64,000 bases of DNA from Candidatus Latescibacterota bacterium (lineage in GTDB: Bacteria; Latescibacterota; UBA2968): the NCBI GenBank assembly GCA_965116885.1, contig OZ220741.1:2528001-2592000 (forward strand), given 5' to 3'. Positions within the stretch are counted from its first letter, which is position 1. Every line of letters starts with the position of its first letter. This document shows positions 21,127 to 29,986 of this stretch, one piece after another. The notes below the pieces were generated by a model that worked only from the letters and a program-made list of their open reading frames with translations, was not told where the DNA came from and ran no database searches. A program made the translations under genes and the position numbers.

Positions 21127-22536
21127 TTGTCTAAGGCACAGGTTGAACCCGGGGAGGCAGAACCGCTGTCTCCCCGGGCGGCTCGGCGCGTGTTGATTAG
21201 CCTGATGTTTTCGTCTATGCTGATGCCTATGGTGTCTGGCATGTCGCGGGTTGCATTGCCGGTTATTCGGGATGATTTTGGGATTCCCGCAGATTTGACG
21301 GCGTGGGTTCTGGCAGCTTTTATGCTGCCTTTTGTCGTTTTGATGCCGATTTATGGGCGTTTGAGCGATGGGGTTGACCGGCGGTTGTTGATTCTTTTGG
21401 GGACTGTGATTTTTGGCGTGGGTTCCGCGATGACGTTTATGGCGCCGAATATGCGCTGGTTGATGGCCGGGCGTGCGATTCAGGGGATTGGCGTGGGGGG
21501 GATGACGCCGATGGGTATGGCGCTGCTCGCGTCGATTTTTAGTGAGGGAGAGCGCGGGCGCGTTCTGGGTACGTGGAGTGCGGTGGGTCCGGCGATGAGT
21601 TTTTCGTCGTCGTTTGTCGCGGGTCTTCTCATTGCGCTTTGGGGGTGGCGCGCCGCTTTTGTGCCGGGGCTTTTGCTCAGTGTTGTGACTTTTGTCGCGA
21701 TTTACAGGGGGGTGCCTTCTCAGGTGATTGGTGAGGCGTCTAAATTTTTGCGGCAGTTTGATTGGGGTGGGGTCGGGTTGTTGTCGGGTGGGATTGTGTT
21801 TTTGATGTTTTATTTGTCCAGTCGGTCTGTGACGGGGGTTGCCCCGTTTGAGGATTGGCGGTTGCTTTTGGGCGCGGGGGTGTTTTTTGCGGGTTTCTGG
21901 TGGTGGGAGAGAGGGCGGAGAGATCCTTTTCTTCCGCTCAATTTTTTTGGCAATCGCATGTTTTGCCGGGTGACGTTTTGCGCTTCGATGCGGATGTTTG
22001 TGCAGGGCGGTATTGGGGTGTTGATGCCGCTGTATCTGGTCGATGTTCACCAGATGGGTCCGGCACTGTTGGGCGTGTTTTTGATTATTAGCTCTGCGGC
22101 GATGACGCTGATTGTGCGGTTCGGCGGGCAGATGTCCGATCGTTTTCAGAGTCGGTGGCTGGTGATGATTGGGATGTTTGTGCAGTTGACGGTGATGCTG
22201 GGCTTTGCCCATTTGTCCGATGCGATTTCGACATGGGTTATTGCTGGTCTGCTGGCGTATTATGGGCTTGGGGCAGGGTTGATGCTGGCTGCTTTGCACA
22301 GTACGGTTATGGGGACTGTCGATTCAGATCAGATGGGGGCTGCTGCAGGGCTTTATAGTATGCTGCGGTTTATGGGTATGGCGATCAGTACAGCCCTGAT
22401 CGGGGTGGTGTTGCAGTTTTTCTTCGATGCAAATTTATCTACTCTCGACGCGTATCAGAAGGTATTTATGGTGCTTGCGATATTTCCCGTTCTGGGGATG
22501 GTGGTGGCATTTGGATTGCGGGAAAAGAGGTTGTGA
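21127..22536 (+). CDS. MFS transporter (DHA2/EmrB-like)
   Basis: GRLSDGVDRR motif A, GRAIQGIG, about 14 hydrophobic segments. Confidence 0.88.
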   Translation: MSKAQVEPGEAEPLSPRAARRVLISLMFSSMLMPMVSGMSRVALPVIRDDFGIPADLTAWVLAAFMLPFVVLMPIYGRLSDGVDRRLLILLGTVIFGVGSAMTFMAPNMRWLMAGRAIQGIGVGGMTPMGMALLASIFSEGERGRVLGTWSAVGPAMSFSSSFVAGLLIALWGWRAAFVPGLLLSVVTFVAIYRGVPSQVIGEASKFLRQFDWGGVGLLSGGIVFLMFYLSSRSVTGVAPFEDWRLLLGAGVFFAGFWWWERGRRDPFLPLNFFGNRMFCRVTFCASMRMFVQGGIGVLMPLYLVDVHQMGPALLGVFLIISSAAMTLIVRFGGQMSDRFQSRWLVMIGMFVQLTVMLGFAHLSDAISTWVIAGLLAYYGLGAGLMLAALHSTVMGTVDSDQMGAAAGLYSMLRFMGMAISTALIGVVLQFFFDANLSTLDAYQKVFMVLAIFPVLGMVVAFGLREKRL

Positions 22537-22708
22537 TCACCGCTTGGGTATTTATCAATATTCTCTTAGATCCTACCTATAACCCTTTATTCTTTTTAAA
22601 ATCTGAAGCAGATCGGTCTTTTTTTAGGGAATTATATACAAAAGGGCCAGACAAATATTCCTATTAACGCGATTGACAAATGACCCGAACCTCACACATC
22701 CGTTTATA

Positions 22709-22919
22709 CCATTATTTTGAAAATTCGCTTTCCAACTGATAGTCAAAAAATTTGGTAGTGCCTCATTTTGAAAATTCTCGGATGTTTTCTCTCTAAATGG
22801 GTGTCTCTTTTTCAATTTAAATTGGGGCGCGAGGCGCGAGAAACTCAAGAGTATAAAGAAAAGTGTCTCACTTTGAAATCCATCTGAAATCCGCAACGAA
22901 AATTTCAAAGTGAGACACT
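22709..22919. repeat. Left cluster of GTGTCTCA-NNN-TGAAA motif copies
   Basis: Perfect 18-bp inverted pair 22862-22879 / 22902-22919; degenerate copies at 22709, 22757, 22801. Confidence 0.75.
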
Positions 22920-22938
22920 AAAAAAAGTTGAAAAAATT

Positions 22939-23193
22939 TTAGATGGACGAAATGCTTGAGTTTGGGACGCTATCGCCGAAACGAAATCTATTAAATTGTA
23001 ACTTGTCAAAGCGAGACAGTTGACGGTGCAATCCCAGTATCCCTTTGAAATAACACTCTGGCTTTAAGACGTTGCCATTTTCGTCTTTGCGATACACAAT
23101 AAACACGTCCTCGCGTGGACTACGCCTTGTAGCTGTAATTGTAGCGCAAGAGTAATCATCAGAAAATTCGAGTCGTACATTGGAAAATCCCAT
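22939..23193 (-). CDS. Hypothetical 84-aa protein starting MGFSN
   Basis: AAGGAG RBS before ATG 23193; leader and first 5 codons shared with 24191-24394. Confidence 0.55.
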   Translation of the reverse strand: MGFSNVRLEFSDDYSCATITATRRSPREDVFIVYRKDENGNVLKPECYFKGILGLHRQLSRFDKLQFNRFRFGDSVPNSSISSI

Positions 23194-23396
23194 GACTGTT
23201 CTCCTTACTTTGTGGTTGGAGCGGAATGGGATAGTGAGTGGGCGGTGGACAGACCGCCCACTCACGCTAAATTTTGATTATATTGGTAAAGATAGACAAA
23301 CGGAAGATTGCCTACAAGTTTTTCTCAATTCTAACAACAAATCCGTCTCGGAGTCATTGTGCCTTTTGGGGCGAGCGATTCAAAGAAAGGAAGTAA

Positions 23397-24167
23397 ATGA
23401 CACAATCTCGCATTATTGTAGAACCATCATGCAAATGGCGTCTGCAAGTAACTGAATTACAGGCATTATTAGAAAATGTAAGAGATGTTTTTGATGATCT
23501 ACTGGTTTGTCCGCCTGAATCTGGTATTATCGTGCGCTACTGTCCATCAGGTCCCAGAGTATTACACAAGCGGGCGGATGATGGATCGTATATTGTACTT
23601 CTTTTTGTATCGACTGATGGTTATGGTCAACCCATTTTTCAATTCGCTCATGAATACGGGCATATCCTCTCTAACTACCGATTTTATGGGCGTCACAAGA
23701 AACAGATTTGGTTTGAAGAATCAATATGTGCATTAGCATCTGCGTTTGCATTGAAAGGATTACAAACTAAATGGAATAACAGCGTGGACGATATGGCAAG
23801 AAATGTAAGGGCGTATCATGTGGGCGATTACTTTAAGTCCGCGTTTGGAGATATTTCTCGCCAATCAAATTTTGCACAATGGTACAGGAATAATAGAGAA
23901 GAACTTGAGAATATCGACTATCATCAGAGCGATAAAAAAGATATAGAACGTATTAGAAAGAAAAACGATATAGTGGCTATTGAGCTTCTTGATATTTTTG
24001 AAAAGTATCCCACTAAGTCGTGGAACGCCGTGCGCTACATGAATCAAGGTCACATAAGTATTGTGGACGAAAGCCTCACCCATTACTTAAACGACTGGCG
24101 TAAACGAACACCTGAACAGTGGCAATTTATAATAGGAAAAATTATGAAGCGATTTGAAATATCTTAA
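23397..24167 (+). CDS. Putative zinc metallopeptidase (HExxH; ImmA/IrrE/Lit-like)
   Basis: FQFAHEYGHIL...WFEESIC (gluzincin-like third ligand); AAGGAAG RBS. Confidence 0.65.
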   Translation: MTQSRIIVEPSCKWRLQVTELQALLENVRDVFDDLLVCPPESGIIVRYCPSGPRVLHKRADDGSYIVLLFVSTDGYGQPIFQFAHEYGHILSNYRFYGRHKKQIWFEESICALASAFALKGLQTKWNNSVDDMARNVRAYHVGDYFKSAFGDISRQSNFAQWYRNNREELENIDYHQSDKKDIERIRKKNDIVAIELLDIFEKYPTKSWNAVRYMNQGHISIVDESLTHYLNDWRKRTPEQWQFIIGKIMKRFEIS

Positions 24168-24190
24168 TCTGTTCACATTGGGCTTTCGCT

Positions 24191-24394
24191 CTAATTTCTG
24201 GCGGAATAAAGAAACTCGCGCAATACACTCAGAGGGTGAGTCTTAACCCAAACAGTTTCGGCATTGCCGTCATAGGTCGGAAACGTCTCGCCCTTAACAA
24301 TCATTAAATTCACCCTCCGGTCAGGTTTGTGTTCAGGGTTATAAATGCCAGGCTCCAGACACTTTTCGCCTGTTCTACCATTGGAAAATCCCAT
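24191..24394 (-). CDS. YjzC-like small protein
   Basis: TGEKCLEPGIY...IVKGETFPT...W pattern; AGGAG RBS. Confidence 0.6.
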   Translation of the reverse strand: MGFSNGRTGEKCLEPGIYNPEHKPDRRVNLMIVKGETFPTYDGNAETVWVKTHPLSVLREFLYSARN

Positions 24395-24537
24395 GACTAT
24401 CTCCTGCTATGGGGTTAATTGGGATAGTGTGTGGGTGGTGTCCCGACCGCCCACACACACTAAATTTTGATTGTTGCTTTCTATAATTTACGATAGTCCG
24501 ATTTTAAAGTCCAGGTTCAAACTGAGACACTTGTACA

Positions 24538-24582
24538 CAAAAAAGTCTGGCGAGCCATTTAATTAAAATGACCCGCCAGACT
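24538..24582 (-). terminator. Intrinsic terminator-like 17-bp hairpin
   Basis: Minus strand AGTCTGGCGGGTCATTT-TAATT-AAATGGCTCGCCAGACT-TTTTT; both mismatches are G-U on this strand. Confidence 0.7.
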
Positions 24583-24610
24583 CAGCACAACACAATTTTG
24601 GGTTGACTTT

Positions 24611-25384
24611 ATGGAGAAAATAAAAATGAATAAAGAATTTTTTGATTGTTATTCGGAAGTGATTAAAAGCATTGTTGACTTATCGAAAAAACGATGTGGG
24701 GAAGGTTCTGGTATTGAAGTTCTTTATAGGGGAGAGCCTCAAAAGTATTCTTATATATCTTCTGGTTTGTATCGTTTTCTTTCGGATGTGTATAAGTGGG
24801 ACGAATTAGATTATGTGATGAAAAATCGTATTATAGTCAAGTCTGAAGAACTTATTGCACGGGATATTGTTTCTTTTGAAGGTATTGATGGGCATTATGT
24901 GGATATATGGCGGAATCAGGGGTATATGCCAACTCAATTAGTTAAATATTTTGCTGAAATTCAACATCTTGGCGGTATGACTAATTTGATAGATTTTACA
25001 AAGGATATTAACATAGCGTTGGTTTTTGCATGCAATACTCCTGATAGTTTGTTGGGTGACGAAGAAGGGGATGGACGTATCATAATTTATTATCATGACC
25101 GAAAAAACAGAAATGGAAATGATGTCCTTCATTTTCCCAAAAGTGGTTATGGTCACTTTCAATCGAGTATTTTGATTCGTCCTTTTGAAAATGGGATTCT
25201 TAAAGAAGATCAGGATTTTGTTGATATATTTGATATACCGTTTGAGAAAAAAGAGCCAATTTTGATAGCATTAAAAGAATACTATAATTTAACTGCTCGC
25301 TCTATTTATTCTGATTTGAATGGCTATATTCGGAATCAAAAGGGGTTTCTTAAAGTTGCTCTTTCAAATTTGGCGAATAAATAG
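24611..25384 (+). CDS. FRG domain-containing protein
   Basis: LYRGE, ISSGLYR, AEIQHLGGMTNLIDFTKDINIALVFAC, TARSIYSDLNG. Confidence 0.8.
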   Translation: MEKIKMNKEFFDCYSEVIKSIVDLSKKRCGEGSGIEVLYRGEPQKYSYISSGLYRFLSDVYKWDELDYVMKNRIIVKSEELIARDIVSFEGIDGHYVDIWRNQGYMPTQLVKYFAEIQHLGGMTNLIDFTKDINIALVFACNTPDSLLGDEEGDGRIIIYYHDRKNRNGNDVLHFPKSGYGHFQSSILIRPFENGILKEDQDFVDIFDIPFEKKEPILIALKEYYNLTARSIYSDLNGYIRNQKGFLKVALSNLANK

Positions 25385-25399
25385 AGGCGAACCATCCAA

Positions 25400-25636
25400 T
25401 TAAAATGACCCACCAGACTTCACGCCAATAAAACTGAGAACATAATCGCGTAACACGCGCAGATGTCCAGTCTGTTTCCAGTTAGTTTCGTTATTGCAAT
25501 TATAGGTCGGAAATACCTCGCCCTAAAAAATGATTAAATTTACGGTCTGGTCATGCCAGTGCTCAGGATTGTAAACCCCTGATACAAGGCACTTTTCGCC
25601 TTGACCATCAATTGTTTTCAGCGTGTTGCATCTCAT
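25400..25636 (-). pseudogene. Second YjzC-like paralogue interrupted by an in-frame TAG
   Basis: Manual translation MRCNTLKTIDGQGEKCLVSGVYNPEHWHDQTVNLIIF*GEVFPTYNCNNETNW aligns with 24191-24394 (Lys codon replaced by TAG). Confidence 0.65.
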
Positions 25637-25922
25637 TGATGAGGTCAATAAGATGCTCGGTTAATGTGTCAATGCGCCTGAATGCGTCATTTATCCGCAT
25701 GTTCGTTTGGTTTATGCGACTGTAAATTTGATGTATTCGCCTGTCCGTTTCGATTCGTGATTCGCACATTTGGTCTGTGATTAGCCTATTCATATTAAAC
25801 AAATGTTCTTTCATGTGCTCTTGCTCGTCAATGTGCTCTTGAATATGCTCATGAATGAACCTGTGCAGAATCTCTGACAAGCCATTGACCTCTGTTGTTG
25901 AGTGTATTTCGTGTATAGTCAT
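25608..25922 (-). CDS. Hypothetical His-rich coiled-coil protein
   Basis: Heptad-like RIDT/RIND/RINQ repeats; GGAGAAGGA RBS. Confidence 0.55.
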   Translation of the reverse strand: MTIHEIHSTTEVNGLSEILHRFIHEHIQEHIDEQEHMKEHLFNMNRLITDQMCESRIETDRRIHQIYSRINQTNMRINDAFRRIDTLTEHLIDLINEMQHAENN

Positions 25923-26052
25923 TGTTCCTTCTCCCTTGCAATGAATATATAAGAATGTAGTTGTGCTGTTTGCAGGAGAAGATAGCGAAAACAGTATTGC
26001 GATGCAAGGGAAAAATTTGCGTAAGTTATTAAATTAAAATACTTTACAGCAG

Positions 26053-26196
26053 GTTTCTCACTTTGAAATTACAATCTAAAACTTTCAAAATGAGACACAA
26101 AAAGAAAAGAGTGCCTCGCATTTTACAATCATTTTGAAAGCGAGACACCCATGCAAATCTACGGCAAAAATGCTGATGAAATTTCAAACTGAGACT
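26053..26196. repeat. Right cluster of GTGTCTCA-NNN-TGAAA motif copies
   Basis: Copies at 26053, 26083 (inv), 26110, 26132 (inv), 26181 (inv). Confidence 0.75.
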
Positions 26197-26208
26197 TTAC
26201 CAAAAATT

Positions 26209-26949
26209 TTAACGAATCCGTATGATTGTTGCTCTAAAATCACAGGAACCCATTATACTCAACCTGGTTTGTAATAATGATAAATTTTCATCAAGTATCA
26301 CACCATTAGCTCCACGTCTTTTGGCATCCTCGCGCACAACTTCTAAAACTTCAAGAGGGGTAGAACGACGAATTACTTTAACAAAAATTTGTCCAATTTC
26401 TTCGTATTTCACGTTACTTGCACGATGTTCAAAAATTTTTACTTGCCCATCCCATTTCTCATACGTTTTTCCAGTCTCTAAAAACTCAATCTGAATATTA
26501 TTAGAAATAACACGTTTAGGCACAGTCTTAAAAACTCTCTTTGGAGATTCACTACCACCATCTCTAATATCTTTTAACCTATCTCTTATCCCATCAATAT
26601 CCCGCTTCATCTCCTCAATACTTACACGTACAGACCCAACAACCTGACCCAAATCATCCAGCCTTTTATTTTTTTTAATATTATTCCCTTTTAATTCAGA
26701 ATAATCTTCTTTGTCAATACCTGAATTTTTATTTTCTGAAACACCCTCATGAATCTCACGAACCTCACGCATTTCTAACCTGTAAACCTGATCGTACAAA
26801 GAATCAATTTTAACAGATAAAACATGCAACGAATCTTGTCCCTCACTATATAAATCATCCGTCCTAACAGATAATTGCTGTAAATTCAAATACAAAATCA
26901 CAGTAATTACAAAAAGTACAAACGTACATAACCATAACCCTTTGGACAT
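26209..26949 (-). CDS. Hypothetical membrane-anchored coiled-coil protein with C-terminal YbjQ/heavy-metal-binding-like domain
   Basis: N-terminal TM; YEEIG...VREDAKRRGANGVI; very AT-rich. Confidence 0.55.
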   Translation of the reverse strand: MSKGLWLCTFVLFVITVILYLNLQQLSVRTDDLYSEGQDSLHVLSVKIDSLYDQVYRLEMREVREIHEGVSENKNSGIDKEDYSELKGNNIKKNKRLDDLGQVVGSVRVSIEEMKRDIDGIRDRLKDIRDGGSESPKRVFKTVPKRVISNNIQIEFLETGKTYEKWDGQVKIFEHRASNVKYEEIGQIFVKVIRRSTPLEVLEVVREDAKRRGANGVILDENLSLLQTRLSIMGSCDFRATIIRIR

Positions 26950-27134
26950 ATAGATACTCCAGTCTAAAAAAATGAATATCTCATAAATACTGCATAGTTA
27001 CCATATTTAGTCCCGTCAAGAACACTCAAACTTTCCCTCGGCCCGTTTGTATATAATTCCCTTTTTTAAATGCAAGTTGTGAATGGGTACCATTTATATC
27101 GGTCAGAACCAAATTGCTGGACCTGATATTCATT

Positions 27135-27863
27135 TTACCACTCCCCTGATGTGTACTTAGTTTCCAATTCATTGAGTCCCATGAATTTCACACGTTTACG
27201 AATTTCGTGGAAAGTGTCCATTGAGATTTTGTCGGTAAAAATGTTTATCCGATGTTTTGGGGCAACAATGCTGAATTGTATATAAAAATCTTGCAGTTCG
27301 TTGAATTTAATCAACGAATTCTGCATATCCGTGGACATTTCAACTTCGAACATCGCTTCTGGCATCTTTCGTCGATTGAACCAGATAACATCCACGGTTT
27401 TGGCTTTACGCATAAAGTCTGGATAGCCAAAATTGGGTAGCTGCGTCGAATCGCATACATCGCCAAGTTTTTGATTACCGCCGAAGACTTGATTTTTGTC
27501 TTGAGCAGGGACATAGGTCTTGTAATCACGAGCCTTGCCGATTTCCACCAGCAAGCCCTGATAATGCGTGTGATTGCGTTTCTCCGCGTCACGCGGGATG
27601 TCGCCGCGTTGTGGGATTTTGTACTCTTTTTCAAATTCCTCGGCGCGTTCAGTAAGGCAATATAACCCCGGTTTGAGACGGTAAAAGTAGTCAGATTTTT
27701 CTTGCACAATGCGCCGAATGGTCGCCTCCGGTGTCTTGGTCTTCCAATTCACCCCAGCCCCGTTTGGCGGAAGAATATCGGAATTCAACTGTGATAATGT
27801 GGCGATACCACCCAGCCTTTTGAGTGCTTCTAAAACCTGCATCCACTGTGGAATACTTTTCAT
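27135..27863 (-). CDS. Winged-HTH plus PD-(D/E)xK restriction endonuclease-like protein
   Basis: N-terminal LGGIATL...WKTKTPEATIRRIVQ...PGLY; C-terminal HTHYQGLL, TVDVIWF, FEVEMSTD. Confidence 0.65.
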   Translation of the reverse strand: MKSIPQWMQVLEALKRLGGIATLSQLNSDILPPNGAGVNWKTKTPEATIRRIVQEKSDYFYRLKPGLYCLTERAEEFEKEYKIPQRGDIPRDAEKRNHTHYQGLLVEIGKARDYKTYVPAQDKNQVFGGNQKLGDVCDSTQLPNFGYPDFMRKAKTVDVIWFNRRKMPEAMFEVEMSTDMQNSLIKFNELQDFYIQFSIVAPKHRINIFTDKISMDTFHEIRKRVKFMGLNELETKYTSGEW

Positions 27864-28017
27864 CTATTTCCCCGTTTGGGCTTAGTCCTTTGGATTTGGA
27901 CTTGACCCGTTTTAGCGGACAACTTATCTCTTTCATGGATTCCACTAGACATAGGAGAGATCTCCTTTGCTGTAACAATGACTTCCATTTCTGAGCTCTC
28001 TAATTGATCTAACCTGT

Positions 28018-28599
28018 CTAATAGTTTTTTGTCCATAATTCCTCTTCTTCGGTCTCTGGCCTAATTTGTTTCTTCCTCAATTCTTCAAACTCATAATTAT
28101 CCAGTTCGATTTTGAGTTTAGTAAGATCTATCATTCGGACCAGCAAACAGAAAACATACCCTATTGCCACTGATATTAAAATAATAGACACAAAGAGCAT
28201 CCAGTATAGCTTAGGCTGTGTGGCGTTAGCGGATGTGTCATTTATTGGCGGATTTATTATAATCGCACAGAAAACAGCCAACATAGAACAGGCGACCACA
28301 AAGATCCAGCGCCAAATCAGCTCTATTTGCACATCTCCCAATTTATGAAAGAGTTCTTCTGCTCTATCGGAGTATTTGATGCCCTGTATCAGTGTTCGAG
28401 TTTGCGATATCCAACCGATACTCCATCCAACCAGAATTCCGGCAATAGCCGAGAAATTCCCAAGTGTCCGGACTATTTCAGTTGCTGTTTGAGGCGTTGG
28501 AAATAAATTAAATAAATAGACACACATAGACCCCAGGGAACCCAGAGCTCCAAAAAACATTGCCTGAATGAGGAGTTTTTTTGCCATATTCATGCCCAT
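28018..28599 (-). CDS. Hypothetical 4-TM membrane protein
   Basis: Four hydrophobic segments and a charged C-terminal tail; directly downstream of 28664-29620. Confidence 0.7.
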   Translation of the reverse strand: MGMNMAKKLLIQAMFFGALGSLGSMCVYLFNLFPTPQTATEIVRTLGNFSAIAGILVGWSIGWISQTRTLIQGIKYSDRAEELFHKLGDVQIELIWRWIFVVACSMLAVFCAIIINPPINDTSANATQPKLYWMLFVSIILISVAIGYVFCLLVRMIDLTKLKIELDNYEFEELRKKQIRPETEEEELWTKNY

Positions 28600-28663
28600 T
28601 TCTCAGTTTATTGGATACATGGATATACTCTCTAATTGCTTATTCAAAAAGTATTTATTTCCA

Positions 28664-29620
28664 TCATATATGTTCTTGTAGAGCCAGAGAATTATGCCAT
28701 TCGATCATTTTACGAAAAATATCTTGGTCATCAGGCATGTCATTTATGTGGACCACATCTTTTCGGGTGCTTAGCCGTAATTCATCGTATTTTAGCGTGC
28801 CTGAATCGGTTTCTACTTCAATGTGAATGTCTGTGTCATCGCCAACATGGCGAAAAGTGTTTGCCAGCGCGTCAATTTGGTCAGAAAGCCTTCTTGTCCC
28901 TCTCTTTTTTTTCAAAGCGAGAGATAGAGTGACTTCAATATCTTGGTCTTGGGTAACTCCGCGTGTGTATGTCTCTGTGATGTGTTCAGAGGATAGACCT
29001 GTCATTGCTTTTATCGCATCCCATCCACGTCCTATAGGCGGTAATGACCTTCTGGTTTTCAAGTCAGTGCTCAGAGGGGCTGAAATGTTGATTCGTCGTG
29101 CCCCTCTGATTTTGTCTCGGGATTTTCTCGATATTGTTCGCCGAATTATCATTTGCCGTTCTTTGAAAAATCCTGTCGCGCGTTTACAAAACATACTATT
29201 GAGATATTTTTCCAAGTGTCGCACTTGAAGGTGCTGATCTTGGGCGGCAATCAAGTAATTACGATAGCAGACAAAATAAAGTTTTCCCTTAAGAAATTGT
29301 TGATCAGTTCCATCCTGAGCAGGTGGGGCTTTGAGCACACCAGCCTGAAGTTCTTCACTATCAAGATCTTCTTTAATTATTTCTCCAATTCCATTCTTGT
29401 CATACTGGAAGAAGTTGGCACAAAAGAAACCTCTATAGATACTATTATAGTTGATGAGGTTGAGGCGGTTCGCTGCTATGTATTCATCAACTTCACGCAG
29501 CCGATCCCTAACTTTTGTATCTCTAAAAACATATATCAATAGATCTTGTAGTGTATAATTGTAGGGTTCATTAAACTGAGCCTGCCAATAAGTGAAACTT
29601 TTCTTTTTGAAATTAGCCAT
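28664..29620 (-). CDS. Hypothetical soluble protein (about 318 aa), basic, alpha/beta
   Basis: Long ORF in AT-rich island, no recognisable catalytic motif. Confidence 0.7.
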   Translation of the reverse strand: MANFKKKSFTYWQAQFNEPYNYTLQDLLIYVFRDTKVRDRLREVDEYIAANRLNLINYNSIYRGFFCANFFQYDKNGIGEIIKEDLDSEELQAGVLKAPPAQDGTDQQFLKGKLYFVCYRNYLIAAQDQHLQVRHLEKYLNSMFCKRATGFFKERQMIIRRTISRKSRDKIRGARRINISAPLSTDLKTRRSLPPIGRGWDAIKAMTGLSSEHITETYTRGVTQDQDIEVTLSLALKKKRGTRRLSDQIDALANTFRHVGDDTDIHIEVETDSGTLKYDELRLSTRKDVVHINDMPDDQDIFRKMIEWHNSLALQEHI

Positions 29621-29779
29621 AACTGTCAATGTCTTCCAAGCTTTTGTAAATACTGCGCTAGTGGGTATTTATATCTCTAAGATTTTATCTTCTTGAGAAG
29701 ATTCGATAGACTCCATTTAGACGCAAAATAAGAAAACGGTTAGAACTGAACCAGCTAAAAGCTGTCTGTGGCGTATATT

Positions 29780-29986
29780 TCAATTTTTTTTATTTGCTTT
29801 TCTCTGTTCCATTGCAGCTTTGCTTATCTCAGCGACATTTCTCTCGGACCAGAGGTTTTGCTGCCATTTCGTATAATCGAATGGCTCTCGCAAGATCAAG
29901 CTGATAAATTTCTCAGCTTCAACATCTCCCAAAACATCTACCAGTGCGCGTAGTCCATTTACTCGTATTTCAGTATCGGTTCTCAT
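29780..29986 (-). CDS. Putative antitoxin partner of PIN protein
   Basis: EIR..G..AL...LG.V.A.KFI......DYTKW pattern; start overlaps PIN stop (ATGA). Confidence 0.65.
   Translation of the reverse strand: MRTDTEIRVNGLRALVDVLGDVEAEKFISLILREPFDYTKWQQNLWSERNVAEISKAAMEQRKANKKN

Noticed and set aside
12775..22299. Long antisense ORFs (e.g. 12775-14073, 16144-17256, 20947-22299; also 33792-34955, 57617-58732)
   Set aside because: Shadow frames opposite well-supported genes, with no motifs
22624..22908. 94-aa ORF with FQSET/FQNEA/FQNNG peptide repeats
   Set aside because: Peptide repeats are simply the translated DNA motif; no RBS support
23232..24462. Integron attC sites for the duplicated hairpins
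   Set aside because: No RYYYAAC/GTTRRRY core boxes and no integron integrase in the window
24544..24582. dif/pdif (XerCD) site
   Set aside because: Does not match the 11-6-11 dif consensus; reads better as a minus-strand terminator
26020..26050. TAAGTTATTAAATTAAAATACTTTAC as a recombinase arm-type site
   Set aside because: Weak, AT-rich and without a matching partner or recombinase
22709..26196. CRISPR array suggested by TTTGAAA-ending repeats
   Set aside because: Copies are short, degenerate, in both orientations and irregularly spaced; no cas genes seen
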